A stretch of 64,000 nucleotides of DNA, from IMG/VR virus record IMGVR_UViG_3300036715_004471, positions 1 through 64,000 of that record. One strand, 5' to 3'. Made by a program: the position numbers and the translations under genes. Shown here one piece after another: positions 29,162-38,510 of the stretch. Below the pieces are notes generated by a model. The model was not told the DNA's origin, ran no database searches, and worked only from the letters and a program-made list of their open reading frames with translations. Every line of letters begins with the position of its first letter. The first letter of the stretch is position 1.

Positions 29162-29650
29162 TCACTTCGCTGGCGTAGTAGCGCTAGCAGTCTTCTTCGA
29201 CTTGCGCTTGGCGCTCTTGGTCGCGGAACGCTCCGCAGCCACTCGCACCTTATTGCTCTCCGAACGGGAAGCGTCGCAAGCCCCAAGCTTGTTGGCAAAC
29301 CAGTTCTTAGCCAAGTCGCTGTCGTCACGTGCCAGGCGACGGGCAAACTCCTTGAGACTCAAACTGTTGTCACTCTTGGCGTGAAGAGCCTTGATAGAAC
29401 GAGAAACGGAAATCTTATCTTTGCTCATGATCTGTTCCTTTGCACTCGGGAGTTGATCCCGATTCAGATGTGGGTTTGACATCTCAACCATCCGAAATTC
29501 TCCGGTATAAATTGATGTCTTACAAATCCGACAATCACAATACTGATACTCTGTATTATAACGATCAGAAAACTTTTCACCTTCCCAGCGGAAGGTTTTG
29601 AATTCAGATGCGTGTGAACACGCGCGCCTCTCTAACGATGCTTCTGCCAT
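29162..29650 (-). CDS. basic hypothetical protein (possible internal start at 29428)
   Basis: K/A/S-rich C-terminus; AAAGGA before MSKDK. Confidence 0.6.
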   Translation of the reverse strand: MAEASLERRACSHASEFKTFRWEGEKFSDRYNTEYQYCDCRICKTSIYTGEFRMVEMSNPHLNRDQLPSAKEQIMSKDKISVSRSIKALHAKSDNSLSLKEFARRLARDDSDLAKNWFANKLGACDASRSESNKVRVAAERSATKSAKRKSKKTASATTPAK

Positions 29651-29662
29651 AAACTGATTCTC

Positions 29663-29860
29663 TCAGTTCTTGTCAGAAACTTCGGGGTCGCAATTCATCA
29701 TGCGACGCACGTAATCATCAACCGTCCAGCCGCACGACTCAACGAAACCGCGCAGAAGATTACAATGATCTTCCATAGCAGTTTCATTTCGATAATCAAT
29801 TTGAACGCTCCAGAGTTTTTCCATCTCCAAAGCCACAAGTTCGTACGACACTCTTTTCAT
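29663..29860 (-). CDS. hypothetical protein
   Basis: 65 aa, AAGGA RBS. Confidence 0.6.
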   Translation of the reverse strand: MKRVSYELVALEMEKLWSVQIDYRNETAMEDHCNLLRGFVESCGWTVDDYVRRMMNCDPEVSDKN

Positions 29861-30004
29861 GACGATCCTTAAGAAAAATGTATTGTCTTGAGGATATGTT
29901 CCAAGAACATTTGGACGATGGGAAACCTGGCACTGACAGCTCCAACCAAGAAAAAGATTGCCATAGCAAACGGATAGTCCCGTTGGTGATCTTCCTTTTT
30001 AAGG

Positions 30005-30220
30005 TTACGGCTCCAAGTCATCGTCATCATCCTCTTGAATATCCAAGACTTTGGAAGTGATTGTTCTTCGATCTTTGTCTCGAAGAATATTCAACGGGGA
30101 GCCTATGATAGGCTCTTCATAAAACCCGAAGTATGTTTTCCATTCACCTACTTTTGGTTTGATGCGCCTGTACCGACCATCATCAAACTCATAAGTGGAA
30201 TTTTTTGTTATCACTATCAT
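30005..30220 (-). CDS. hypothetical protein
   Basis: TKNSTYE..TSKVLDI. Confidence 0.6.
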   Translation of the reverse strand: MIVITKNSTYEFDDGRYRRIKPKVGEWKTYFGFYEEPIIGSPLNILRDKDRRTITSKVLDIQEDDDDDLEP

Positions 30221-30344
30221 GGATGTGCGATAACCTGTTTCAGAAGCACAATGGTCTGTACTAAAACAAACAGGACAAACACAACCATACTGATGGTGAC
30301 AAGCATTTTACGTTTCAGTAATGCCATGTGACCTCCAGAAAAGA

Positions 30345-30373
30345 TCATGGGCTCGGTCAAGCCGAGCCCATGA
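30345..30373. terminator. 12-bp hairpin downstream of the GATase gene
   Basis: tcatgggctcgg-tcaag-ccgagcccatga, followed by TCTTTT on the minus strand. Confidence 0.6.
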
Positions 30374-30400
30374 GTCAAGCAAGTTTAAGCAAATATAAGT

Positions 30401-31414
30401 TCAGTCCATCTGACCATAATATCCGCGGTAATAAGCTGCAAGCTCTTCGTCATCCTCTACTTCGCTCTTGTCACCCTTCACCTCGGTCTTATCATCTTTC
30501 TTCCAAGATGAGGGGTAAGGAGAGTATGCTCCAGAACCAGTGGTACAGCTGCCACCGTAGCTATCGCCAGGAACTTTGGTTTCCACTACCGCCTCTTCGT
30601 CAATCTCATCATTAGCGGGTTTGACAGTCACGACGGTAGAGGTAGAGGAAGAATGATCGGTCCGGCTCTTGGTGTACTTGTTGTAGTAACCAACCTGGAT
30701 TCCACTCAGCTTGGTCTTGAACACACCATCGGCACGAATGCGATACACTCTGCCAATCTCATCGATCTTGAACTCACGATCGACTTCCAGGTCTGCAACC
30801 TTGAGCGCCTCGCGCACAATCTTCCAGGTAGAACCCCATACCACGCCGCCACCCTTGACCGAAACTACGCAGATATCAGAATGCTGCGAGAGACGGCACA
30901 GGTTGACATAGCCGCGATGATCAGTGTCGATCCAAGTAACTACGCCGTAACCCACCATCTCGCGGATGCCATCGTAGTTCTTATCAGCCAAGAGTTCGAA
31001 AATCTCCTGACTATCGACATTGATGTCTCGACCATTCTGCTTGGCAGACTTGAAAGCATCCGGAACCATCCCGTTATGGGCGCCCCACATGACCACCCTC
31101 CCGCCGCGACGAATCGCAAACGGATGTGCGTTCATAGGATCTTCACGACTACCACACGTAGCGAAACGTGCGTGCATCAAGCAGACGTCTCCAGCAGCGC
31201 CTTCAACGAAACGAACTCTTGCTCGGAGCCACGTTCCCTTCTTGCGTGCATACTTGACATCATCAGCTTCGCCATCCTTAGTGGAGAAAGTGACGCTGGC
31301 ATAACCGCAGCTATGCCCACCGCGACCGTCGATGCCATCCCCGAGACCGAGGATGAGCATCAACTTATCTTCCGCCGCAATGTCCAATCCGATGTATCCA
31401 GACAATCCACACAT
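30401..31414 (-). CDS. class II (Ntn) glutamine amidotransferase
   Basis: N-terminal MCG, RGGHSCG, HARFAT, AHPF, HNG, VDSQ. Confidence 0.9.
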   Translation of the reverse strand: MCGLSGYIGLDIAAEDKLMLILGLGDGIDGRGGHSCGYASVTFSTKDGEADDVKYARKKGTWLRARVRFVEGAAGDVCLMHARFATCGSREDPMNAHPFAIRRGGRVVMWGAHNGMVPDAFKSAKQNGRDINVDSQEIFELLADKNYDGIREMVGYGVVTWIDTDHRGYVNLCRLSQHSDICVVSVKGGGVVWGSTWKIVREALKVADLEVDREFKIDEIGRVYRIRADGVFKTKLSGIQVGYYNKYTKSRTDHSSSTSTVVTVKPANDEIDEEAVVETKVPGDSYGGSCTTGSGAYSPYPSSWKKDDKTEVKGDKSEVEDDEELAAYYRGYYGQMD

Positions 31415-31416
31415 GA

Positions 31417-33477
31417 TTAGTACACGTACTTTCCGCCCTTGAGGCTAATGAGGCGCTGAGCGAGTCCATTTCTTCTCGACGTCTCGTGACGCCATTCTTT
31501 CACTCTTGACATGATCCACGGCGCAAGCTCGGGAGCCACGTTCTGACAAAGGATCCTGAGCGGAGACTTCGGCAGATTTTCCAGATCCTTATCGGTAGAC
31601 TTGGCTGCCCAATCCACCAACCTCACCATCAACTTCGCCCAATTGATAACGCGCTGGGCGTCAGTCGTATTGGGATGAATTCTGAACTCCACCGTAGTGT
31701 CCGGCGCGATAGTTCTCTTGTTGACGATAAGAAAACGACCAGGAACAAGCTTGGCGCCCTGTTTGGTCTTATTCCATCTCATCAGGGCTGCCACCGAAAC
31801 ACCATGGCGCTGTGCGATCTTCTCTAGCGAATCGCCATTCAAGATGGGAACATTGACCGGGGTTCTCGGTCTCGGACCACGCCCCGCCAACCACGGAAGG
31901 ATGTTGAGACCCTTGCGACGGCAGTAGGGATGGTTATCAGCACGACGACCAGGCTTTTCTTTCTGGGCATCTTTACCGAAACCGGGAGACATGTTGACCT
32001 CACTCTTGCGACCCTCACGAGTCAAAGTGGTGAAGGCAACAGACATGATGGCATCCTTCTTATCAGTTCGTTCCAGGGCAGCAGCATATTCTTTGCCGAT
32101 CGGCACAGCGTATCTGTTACCCAAGCGCTCCTGTCCTGCAATCAGGTACAGGATGGGCTCGACCTTCGAGTAGACCGTCAAGAAGCGAAACATGTCCGCC
32201 CATTGAAGATCCTTGGCGTCCACGTGAGTGTGAATCGAACAACGATTGTCAACTCGGACTCGGCTCTTCTCGAACACCTTGCCCAAAGATTCAATACACT
32301 TGACCAGATAATCGCCAGCCACGGGAGCGGTAACCGCCTCGTAACCGCACGAATCATCACGATGAAGGTCGCTCAACCACCGTCTACACCAGTGATCAAC
32401 GTATCGGTTAGTGGAAAGCGAATTGTACTCCCACTCAATACCAGCGAATCGGTTGCAGTCGAACTGCTTACGTTCCGTCTTTTTGAAAGCGGGGAACGTC
32501 TTGCCGAACGGACCATTCGTTCGAGCAGCGACACAAGAGCAATGATCCAGACAGTTGTGGCAGTCTTCACACTCCTGCATCTCCTGGCAACCGGCGCTGG
32601 GACAAAGCACACACGCGCAGCAACCAGAACATCTCCAACAGTAACGGCACACTCTTTCCTGATGAGAGTTGCACGAATGGCAATGAAAGTGCGGGTTGCC
32701 GGGGCGACCAGTACCAACAGTGGCTCCCAATCTGCAACACTCTCCGCAGAATCCGCACGCAGAAACTTCATGCGACTTGGGCACGCCAGCACCAGCCGGA
32801 ACAATCGGATAGGTACAGTGAGGACAATGTGAGTGGGACTCGAATCCCACCATCGCATTACAATCCACACACCATCGGTAAGTGTAGTTCGAGGCATTGG
32901 TATGAGTGCCAACGTAATCTCGGAGCCCCGCCTTATCAATGTCGGTAGCAGAAGGATCGTTGTCGATCACCTGCAATGCGCTGAAAGCGTTATCTCGATT
33001 GGACAGGTCAGGAAAGTATCTGTCCGTGAGAGCAGGATAACGTCTCACCAACTGATCGTAATTCATATCTCGTCTCGGTTCGGGTTCCCTTGGTTGATTC
33101 ATTCCAGGCACATCATGTGCTAGAATCCTTCTCGCCGCTTCTTGAAAATCTTCGAGGCTGATGGGCGTCGGCGGTGGGTAAGCAGGTACAGCCCTCGCAA
33201 AGGGATTAGCTTCCACCACCGGTGCTTGAGCAATAGGCTGAGGTTCTGCAAAGAAATTGCGCCTCCACTCATTTAGCGGATTAACACGTCGAGCGCCGTC
33301 CGCAACAGCCCGCATTCGATTGCGAAATGCCTCAAGCCGAATCTGCGCATCGTGCAGTTGCTCGTGCTCTCGCTCTCGCACGAATTGGTAATTGTCTACC
33401 TCGATCTCATCGAAGATCCTTCGATCTTCTTCAATCGTCAATTCCTCCGCCCCAATTGTATCTTCTTTGTTCAACAA
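31417..33477 (-). CDS. amidoligase (GS/GCS-like) with Cys-rich region and inserted LysM domain
   Basis: GIEWE, YEAVTAP, CSIHTHVD, TVEFRIH; LysM GDSLEKIAQRHGVSVAALMRWN; start uncertain. Confidence 0.85.
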   Translation of the reverse strand: MLNKEDTIGAEELTIEEDRRIFDEIEVDNYQFVREREHEQLHDAQIRLEAFRNRMRAVADGARRVNPLNEWRRNFFAEPQPIAQAPVVEANPFARAVPAYPPPTPISLEDFQEAARRILAHDVPGMNQPREPEPRRDMNYDQLVRRYPALTDRYFPDLSNRDNAFSALQVIDNDPSATDIDKAGLRDYVGTHTNASNYTYRWCVDCNAMVGFESHSHCPHCTYPIVPAGAGVPKSHEVSACGFCGECCRLGATVGTGRPGNPHFHCHSCNSHQERVCRYCWRCSGCCACVLCPSAGCQEMQECEDCHNCLDHCSCVAARTNGPFGKTFPAFKKTERKQFDCNRFAGIEWEYNSLSTNRYVDHWCRRWLSDLHRDDSCGYEAVTAPVAGDYLVKCIESLGKVFEKSRVRVDNRCSIHTHVDAKDLQWADMFRFLTVYSKVEPILYLIAGQERLGNRYAVPIGKEYAAALERTDKKDAIMSVAFTTLTREGRKSEVNMSPGFGKDAQKEKPGRRADNHPYCRRKGLNILPWLAGRGPRPRTPVNVPILNGDSLEKIAQRHGVSVAALMRWNKTKQGAKLVPGRFLIVNKRTIAPDTTVEFRIHPNTTDAQRVINWAKLMVRLVDWAAKSTDKDLENLPKSPLRILCQNVAPELAPWIMSRVKEWRHETSRRNGLAQRLISLKGGKYVY

Positions 33478-33610
33478 TGCGGTGCGGTGCTACTGCCGCC
33501 GGCTCCGGAACGATGGGAGCCGGTGCGATTGGCGCCGCCGGTTCTGCTGGCGCAACTTCTGGTGCAGGCGCAGCTTCTTCTGCTACTTGCTCGTCCTCTT
33601 CTTCATCCAT
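33431..33610 (-). CDS. 59-aa acidic Ala/Pro-rich ORF (peptide or frameshifted amidoligase N-terminus)
   Basis: Read manually: MDEEEDEQVAEEAAPAP...EQRRYNWGGGIDD*. Confidence 0.5.
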   Translation of the reverse strand: MDEEEDEQVAEEAAPAPEVAPAEPAAPIAPAPIVPEPAAVAPHRIVEQRRYNWGGGIDD

Positions 33611-33627
33611 ATGTCACGCCTGATCGG

Positions 33628-34368
33628 TTAGAGGCTCAGAAAAGCCTGAGCGTATCTGGTAGCCGTAGTTTCGCAAAGTCCCGGAGCAGTGTTGACCTCC
33701 AAGACCCACATTCTGTTGGAACGGGTATTGGCAACGATATCGACTGCTCCGAAGAGCAAGCCGAGAGCCTGAACTGCTCTCACGCCAAGATCACGAAGAC
33801 CCTGCGGCTCAACGATTCCATTGCGACAGAACACCCACTGATTGTCGATGTTCCTAATCAAACCATCAGGTCTGGAACCATCGGCGTTACGCGCACCGTT
33901 GCGGCGACGCTTCTCCTGCAAGTCAATGACGACACCATTACAGGCATGAACTCGGAACTCCTTGTCCTTCTCAACCAGCTTCACATACAAAGGAGCCTCG
34001 ACGATGGGAAGCTGGCGGCAGATCACAATTCCACGACCCTCGGAGCCATTGAGAATCTGTCGAGCTACCACCACGATACCACTGCGAACCCACCCCTCTG
34101 CAACAGCCTTGGAGGTAGTGTACTCCGGAATCGAAACGCCCGCCGTAGACAGCTTGTTGAGAGTACTGAGCTTGTTCTTAGCGATGGCGATCCCCGCCGC
34201 CGGCTGAAGATTCACCAGAGGAACGTTGGCGTTCCCCCAAAGAATGTTTCGATGATCGTAACTCGCATCACCAGAAACAACCCTCTTGCCACTGATCTCA
34301 GTCATCTTCGCAGCAAGGAGCTTGGCTCCCTCACTGGTCTTCTTGTACGGAACGATTCGATAAGCCAT
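33628..34368 (-). CDS. phiEco32-like ATP-grasp ligase
   Basis: NKL, GSEGRGI, EFRVH, FGAVDI, VLEVNTAPG. Confidence 0.9.
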   Translation of the reverse strand: MAYRIVPYKKTSEGAKLLAAKMTEISGKRVVSGDASYDHRNILWGNANVPLVNLQPAAGIAIAKNKLSTLNKLSTAGVSIPEYTTSKAVAEGWVRSGIVVVARQILNGSEGRGIVICRQLPIVEAPLYVKLVEKDKEFRVHACNGVVIDLQEKRRRNGARNADGSRPDGLIRNIDNQWVFCRNGIVEPQGLRDLGVRAVQALGLLFGAVDIVANTRSNRMWVLEVNTAPGLCETTATRYAQAFLSL

Positions 34369-34441
34369 CGCAGTTGATCTCCTTTATTTTTCGTAACTTT
34401 AGTTAACGCCCCGCGAGAATGAATTTTAACTGTTGCTTCTG

Positions 34442-34822
34442 TCAGAAGTAATAGTCAATCGCCATCACACCGATGAACGTTGATTTTTTCTGAGCGAAGA
34501 GTTTTCCGGCGCTCATTGAAACTGAAACCGGTGAACTCGGTTTACTGTACACTAAGCTGCCTAGTGCCAGATTAGAATGACTATTATCTTTCACTGTGTG
34601 CTGATACTCGGCACGCAACGTGATGGGTGCAATTGGGTCTAAAGAGACAGCACCTACCATTCCCAAATCAACACGTAACTGTCGTCGAGGCGCCATGACA
34701 TTTCCAAAAATAGTTCCAGTGTTATTCCCCATGACAACACTGGCGTCGGTCATTAGCGCCACATTGGAATGAAACACCTGGTACCAGGAAATGCTTCCGC
34801 CACCACCATCTGCGTTGCATTT
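34442..34822 (-). pseudogene. C-terminal fragment of an outer-membrane beta-barrel-like protein
   Basis: Amphipathic strands, ITLRAEYQH, terminal IDYYF; no signal peptide, frame is closed by a stop just upstream. Confidence 0.45.
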
Positions 34823-34906
34823 TTACACTCTTAATAAGATTCAATCTTACCAATTATTGTCCCACTTGGTTAGTTTGCTCAGGTAGAGAATCTATATTCT
34901 CTGCCG

Positions 34907-35191
34907 TCAGCGCTCGCCTTCCAAGCAAGTTTTGATCCGGATTCTAATCTTAGGTCCGGAAAATCTTTCTTTCAAGTTGCCCAAACAACCAATACCACCG
35001 CAGCAGGTACAGGTCTTGGTGAAGTGATCGTTTCTTGCATCACATTCACCATGGCAACGACAGCCATGAAGGACACCTTCACCATGACACTGAGGACAAT
35101 ACCCGGGAGGTAAATATCCGGCTTGCACCAGATCATCCCAGGTAATTCCTGCATCTTTGAGGACTTGGTAAATCTCTTCACTACTTGCCAT
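34907..35191 (-). CDS. small protein with DnaJ-type Cys repeats
   Basis: CPQCHGEG...CTCCGGIG. Confidence 0.65.
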   Translation of the reverse strand: MASSEEIYQVLKDAGITWDDLVQAGYLPPGYCPQCHGEGVLHGCRCHGECDARNDHFTKTCTCCGGIGCLGNLKERFSGPKIRIRIKTCLEGER

Positions 35192-35192
35192 G

Positions 35193-36101
35193 TCAATTTC
35201 CAGTTTTGTGTGGCTTGACCACTCCAGACGCCAGACCGATCTGAAACCGTTCCCAATAGTTACTAGGATACAATTTCAAACAGTCCAAAGCATTTTCGTA
35301 AGCGAATGCTCTCCACCATCCAGAAGAAATGCTGGTGCATACTTTGGAAAGTGAAAGCCGCCATGCTTTCTCAGGCGTCATCTTCCCGGGATGGGGAACC
35401 AGACTTCGTTCAATCGCAAGTACCGCAGACTCTTCCACTACGGAATAGAGCTGAATCTCGCGGGGACAAGCGAAGAACTTGTTCTTATCACAGAGGACTT
35501 CGGCACCATCTTTTTGAAAGTAAGTATAAGCCGGACGATCCGCCAACGCAACAGTGGCATGAATCGAATCATGATCGTAAACGTATCCCACACCATCCTC
35601 ACTGAAGAAGTCTGCTTTGCCGACATTCAGTTTAGGATGATTATAGGTATAAGTTTCCTTCTCACGCATCTTATGAAACTCCTCGAACTCCGGACGAACC
35701 TTGGCTCCTACCATCTTCATCAGATGATAATCAGAAAGGTTCTTCCAGAAATGAGGAGAGTTCCTCAGATACTTGTGAGAGGACTTGATAGTGAACAGCA
35801 TGTCCAGGCTAGGAACCAACCCGAACGGCGTGCTCATGGTATCAGGATCTTCCACAACCAGTTGGAGCAGAAGTTCGGAACTTCTGCTGGGATTAATCAA
35901 CTCAAACTCACAGTTGACTGCCCCGCGCACCACTCGTTTGGTGGGCGTAATCTTAATGTTGATGGGACCAACCCGACCGGACTGTTCAAGGATCCAGCTG
36001 CTGTATTCTGCTTCGGTGCAAACCCAATCGAAGTCCTTGGGCTCACGATGAAGAAGAAATGGTGCCCGAAACTTCAAAGCTCTGCTTCCGATCAGGATCA
36101 C
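35193..36101 (-). CDS. phage protein with polymerase-beta-like nucleotidyltransferase N-terminus
   Basis: LIGSRAL..PKDFDW (GS..DxD); IKSSH, YDHDSIH, SGWWRAF; GTG start after GGAG. Confidence 0.65.
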   Translation of the reverse strand: MILIGSRALKFRAPFLLHREPKDFDWVCTEAEYSSWILEQSGRVGPINIKITPTKRVVRGAVNCEFELINPSRSSELLLQLVVEDPDTMSTPFGLVPSLDMLFTIKSSHKYLRNSPHFWKNLSDYHLMKMVGAKVRPEFEEFHKMREKETYTYNHPKLNVGKADFFSEDGVGYVYDHDSIHATVALADRPAYTYFQKDGAEVLCDKNKFFACPREIQLYSVVEESAVLAIERSLVPHPGKMTPEKAWRLSLSKVCTSISSGWWRAFAYENALDCLKLYPSNYWERFQIGLASGVVKPHKTGN

Positions 36102-36705
36102 GACAACTTTTCTCCATTTGGAATGCGTGGATTTTCTCAACCCATACTAAAAAATCATGTACTGATCTAGTCAGTTTTGCTTTGTTACAATCTTCGCAAG
36201 ATGGGACAACGTTATCCCTATCATGGTTTAATAGACTATTTATTCTATCTAATCCATTATAGATGAAATCTCCATCTTGAATCCTTTGTTTTGAGAACCT
36301 GCTGTTAGCATATTTATACGCATTGTACGTATTTTTAGGCTCATCTCCACAATAGAAACATTTTTCTTGCGATAACACTACAAATTCTTCAAATGATAAG
36401 TTGCCATCTGAATATCTGTCAGTGAAAATCTTTTTGGCTGAACCTAATCTTGGCTGCAAGCCGGGACGGGCTCGCTGCGCCTTCTTTAGGTTAATTTTAA
36501 CTGACTCTACATTAAGACACCCACAACTCTTGGTTTTGCCCGTCTTAACATAGGATAGCCTTATATTTAAGACCGTTCCACAATCGCAAACACATTCAGA
36601 CAAAACATGACCATCATTTGTACGAGAGGTCAGAATTTTCTGTATTGTAAGACGATTGAATTGTTTTCCTATTAGTTCTCGTGCCGATTTTATATGCCTA
36701 TTCAT
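36043..36705 (-). CDS. HNH-type homing endonuclease (related to 1529..2083)
   Basis: FNRLT..CDCG..SCGCL; CFYCG; NGLDRINS..NVVPSCEDCNKAK. Confidence 0.85.
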   Translation of the reverse strand: MNRHIKSARELIGKQFNRLTIQKILTSRTNDGHVLSECVCDCGTVLNIRLSYVKTGKTKSCGCLNVESVKINLKKAQRARPGLQPRLGSAKKIFTDRYSDGNLSFEEFVVLSQEKCFYCGDEPKNTYNAYKYANSRFSKQRIQDGDFIYNGLDRINSLLNHDRDNVVPSCEDCNKAKLTRSVHDFLVWVEKIHAFQMEKSCRDPDRKQSFEVSGTISSSS

Positions 36706-36796
36706 AACACCTCGGTTGGTATATCAGAATATGCACACCAAATCATAAGCACGAGAACCAATCAGAATCATTGAACAGTCCTTTCAGGCGGCTATA

Positions 36797-37201
36797 TCAC
36801 TCGTCTTCGTCGTAGGAAGAGTCATACGAATCCTCGTACGAATCTTCCGGAGCTGCCGGATCTTCCTTGGAAAGCGAGAACTCAGCCACCTGAGTCAACT
36901 GCGCCACCTTGGCAGGATCAAGCCCTCCGAACGTATCGAAGTACGTTTTGGGAACGTAGTTGTTTTCCATCGGCATCATGTAGTTACCGACTGCCATCAC
37001 ACTGGCGTGAAACGGAACACCGTGCTCATCCGAGATAGCAATGGCTTCTTTCATAGCCCTCGCCGCCGCAGGATGGGCGCTCTTGTCATTCAGAGCAGAG
37101 TGCGCGAGTTCCAGCTTGCGCTGAATCTTGACACCATGAGTGGCAAGAGCCTTGTCGAAATCCTTTTCCAGACTCGTCTTATTCATTGGTTCCTCTCCCA
37201 T
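36797..37201 (-). CDS. hypothetical protein with acidic tail
   Basis: 134 aa ORF. Confidence 0.65.
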   Translation of the reverse strand: MGEEPMNKTSLEKDFDKALATHGVKIQRKLELAHSALNDKSAHPAAARAMKEAIAISDEHGVPFHASVMAVGNYMMPMENNYVPKTYFDTFGGLDPAKVAQLTQVAEFSLSKEDPAAPEDSYEDSYDSSYDEDE

Positions 37202-37221
37202 ATGGGATTGCTGATGGGACC

Positions 37222-37500
37222 TCAGTGGTCCTTGTTGAAGTGAAACTGGCTTGCCATGAAATCGCAGGTGGAAGTTGAGATGATGATCTCATAGATCGGA
37301 TACTTCTGCTGGTATCCATATCTCGATCGATAAGTTGCTCGATCAGAGCTACCCAACGAATCGTCAGAAACGGTTCGCTTCTTAATGGAAAGAACCACCC
37401 CACTATTCACATTCCATTTAGGATATTGGGCGCCACATTCCGGAGACTTGTTTAGAAGGTCACCAGGAACGATACTTTCGTCATCTTGAAGTTTACTCAC
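37222..37500 (-). CDS. hypothetical protein
   Basis: 92 aa ORF. Confidence 0.5.
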   Translation of the reverse strand: MSKLQDDESIVPGDLLNKSPECGAQYPKWNVNSGVVLSIKKRTVSDDSLGSSDRATYRSRYGYQQKYPIYEIIISTSTCDFMASQFHFNKDH

Positions 37501-37699
37501 GGAACACTCCTCTGATAGTTTTTCCGATCTTGGTAATCGGAATACTCACCAGAATCAAGGTGCCCGCAGCAAGAATAGACAAGCCCTCAACCAAAGCTTT
37601 GGTACGCTTTGGTCCATAAATCAGTCGATTGGCTGTGACGATGGGAGCCACCATCACCAGAAAAACGCCAACCTTGGGATCTTCGTTTTTTATTTTCAT
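37493..37699 (-). CDS. small membrane protein
   Basis: AGGAG RBS, hydrophobic segments. Confidence 0.6.
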   Translation of the reverse strand: MKIKNEDPKVGVFLVMVAPIVTANRLIYGPKRTKALVEGLSILAAGTLILVSIPITKIGKTIRGVFRE

Positions 37700-37716
37700 G
37701 AATCTCCTGTAAAAAT

Positions 37717-37858
37717 TGTGTGTAACGGTGCTCTTCCGTTATACGGTTTGCAATAACCCGTGCCCTAGCGACTCAGTAGGCTACACCAGTGACCGGAGGA
37801 CTGCAACCTTTTTATCCAGTTTGGTGCTACGTATTGCCATCATTTAGACCAACACACA
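37717..37858 (-). ncRNA. tRNA-like structured RNA (142 nt)
   Basis: TGTGTGT/ACACACA 7-bp closing stem stacked on AACGG-AAGAGCA-CCGTT (5 bp + 7-nt loop). Confidence 0.5.
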
Positions 37859-37860
37859 GC

Positions 37861-37993
37861 GGGAAGAGATGGATTTGAACTATCATCTCAAACAAAAGCA
37901 GCCATCTGTTCGCCACTCGGTGTCGAGTGATAGCTTATGAGGCTACGGTCATGCTTATTGTTTGCGCTCTAATCTCTGTTGAGCTATCTTACC
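37861..37993 (-). ncRNA. tRNA-like RNA with enlarged anticodon arm containing a CAT stem-loop
   Basis: GGTAAGA/TCTTCCC, GCTC/GAGC D stem, CAAACAA/TTGTTTG arm, GATAG-TTCAAAT-CCATC T arm. Confidence 0.7.
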
Positions 37994-38057
37994 AGATGGG
38001 TATAGGGGCGAATTTAATCCGCCCCGTTCCCCATGTTGCACTTACGCAGTGCGCGGA

Positions 38058-38510
38058 TCACTCAGCAGCGGGCTTGACAGGAACGTCTGCCCAACGACGC
38101 ACGCCACCGCGGAGACCCTTCTTGATGTAGAAGGCGCGGGTACGGGCAGGCTCTGCCACAGCGAGAACCACATCATTCTCATCCTTCTTCTCCGGCTGAT
38201 CCGAATTGATACGAACCCAGCTCTTGATGCGATCGCTGAGAATCTTGAAGTTCTCTGCATTGGGATTGAGATTAACGATCGCGAAAGTCACGATACTATC
38301 CATGCTCAAGGGCGCACCCGCGGCGACCTTGGTATCGAAAACGTTGTGAACGGCAGCACCGATCGCCTCGTCTTCCTTCTCGCAGAGAGACTCGAACTCG
38401 ATGAGACGAGTCGAGAACTTCTCAATGGTCGCATCGAAATCGACCTTACCATCAACCCCACGCACAGCGTAGTCGCTGAGCATGTTAAACGAAAGCACGC
38501 TATCACTCAT
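38058..38510 (-). CDS. hypothetical protein
   Basis: GGAG RBS; KKGLRGGVRRW. Confidence 0.7.
   Translation of the reverse strand: MSDSVLSFNMLSDYAVRGVDGKVDFDATIEKFSTRLIEFESLCEKEDEAIGAAVHNVFDTKVAAGAPLSMDSIVTFAIVNLNPNAENFKILSDRIKSWVRINSDQPEKKDENDVVLAVAEPARTRAFYIKKGLRGGVRRWADVPVKPAAE

Noticed and set aside
37861-37993. tRNA with a group I or canonical 37/38 intron
   Set aside because: The insert is far too short for group I, and removing it does not leave a U33-anticodon loop.
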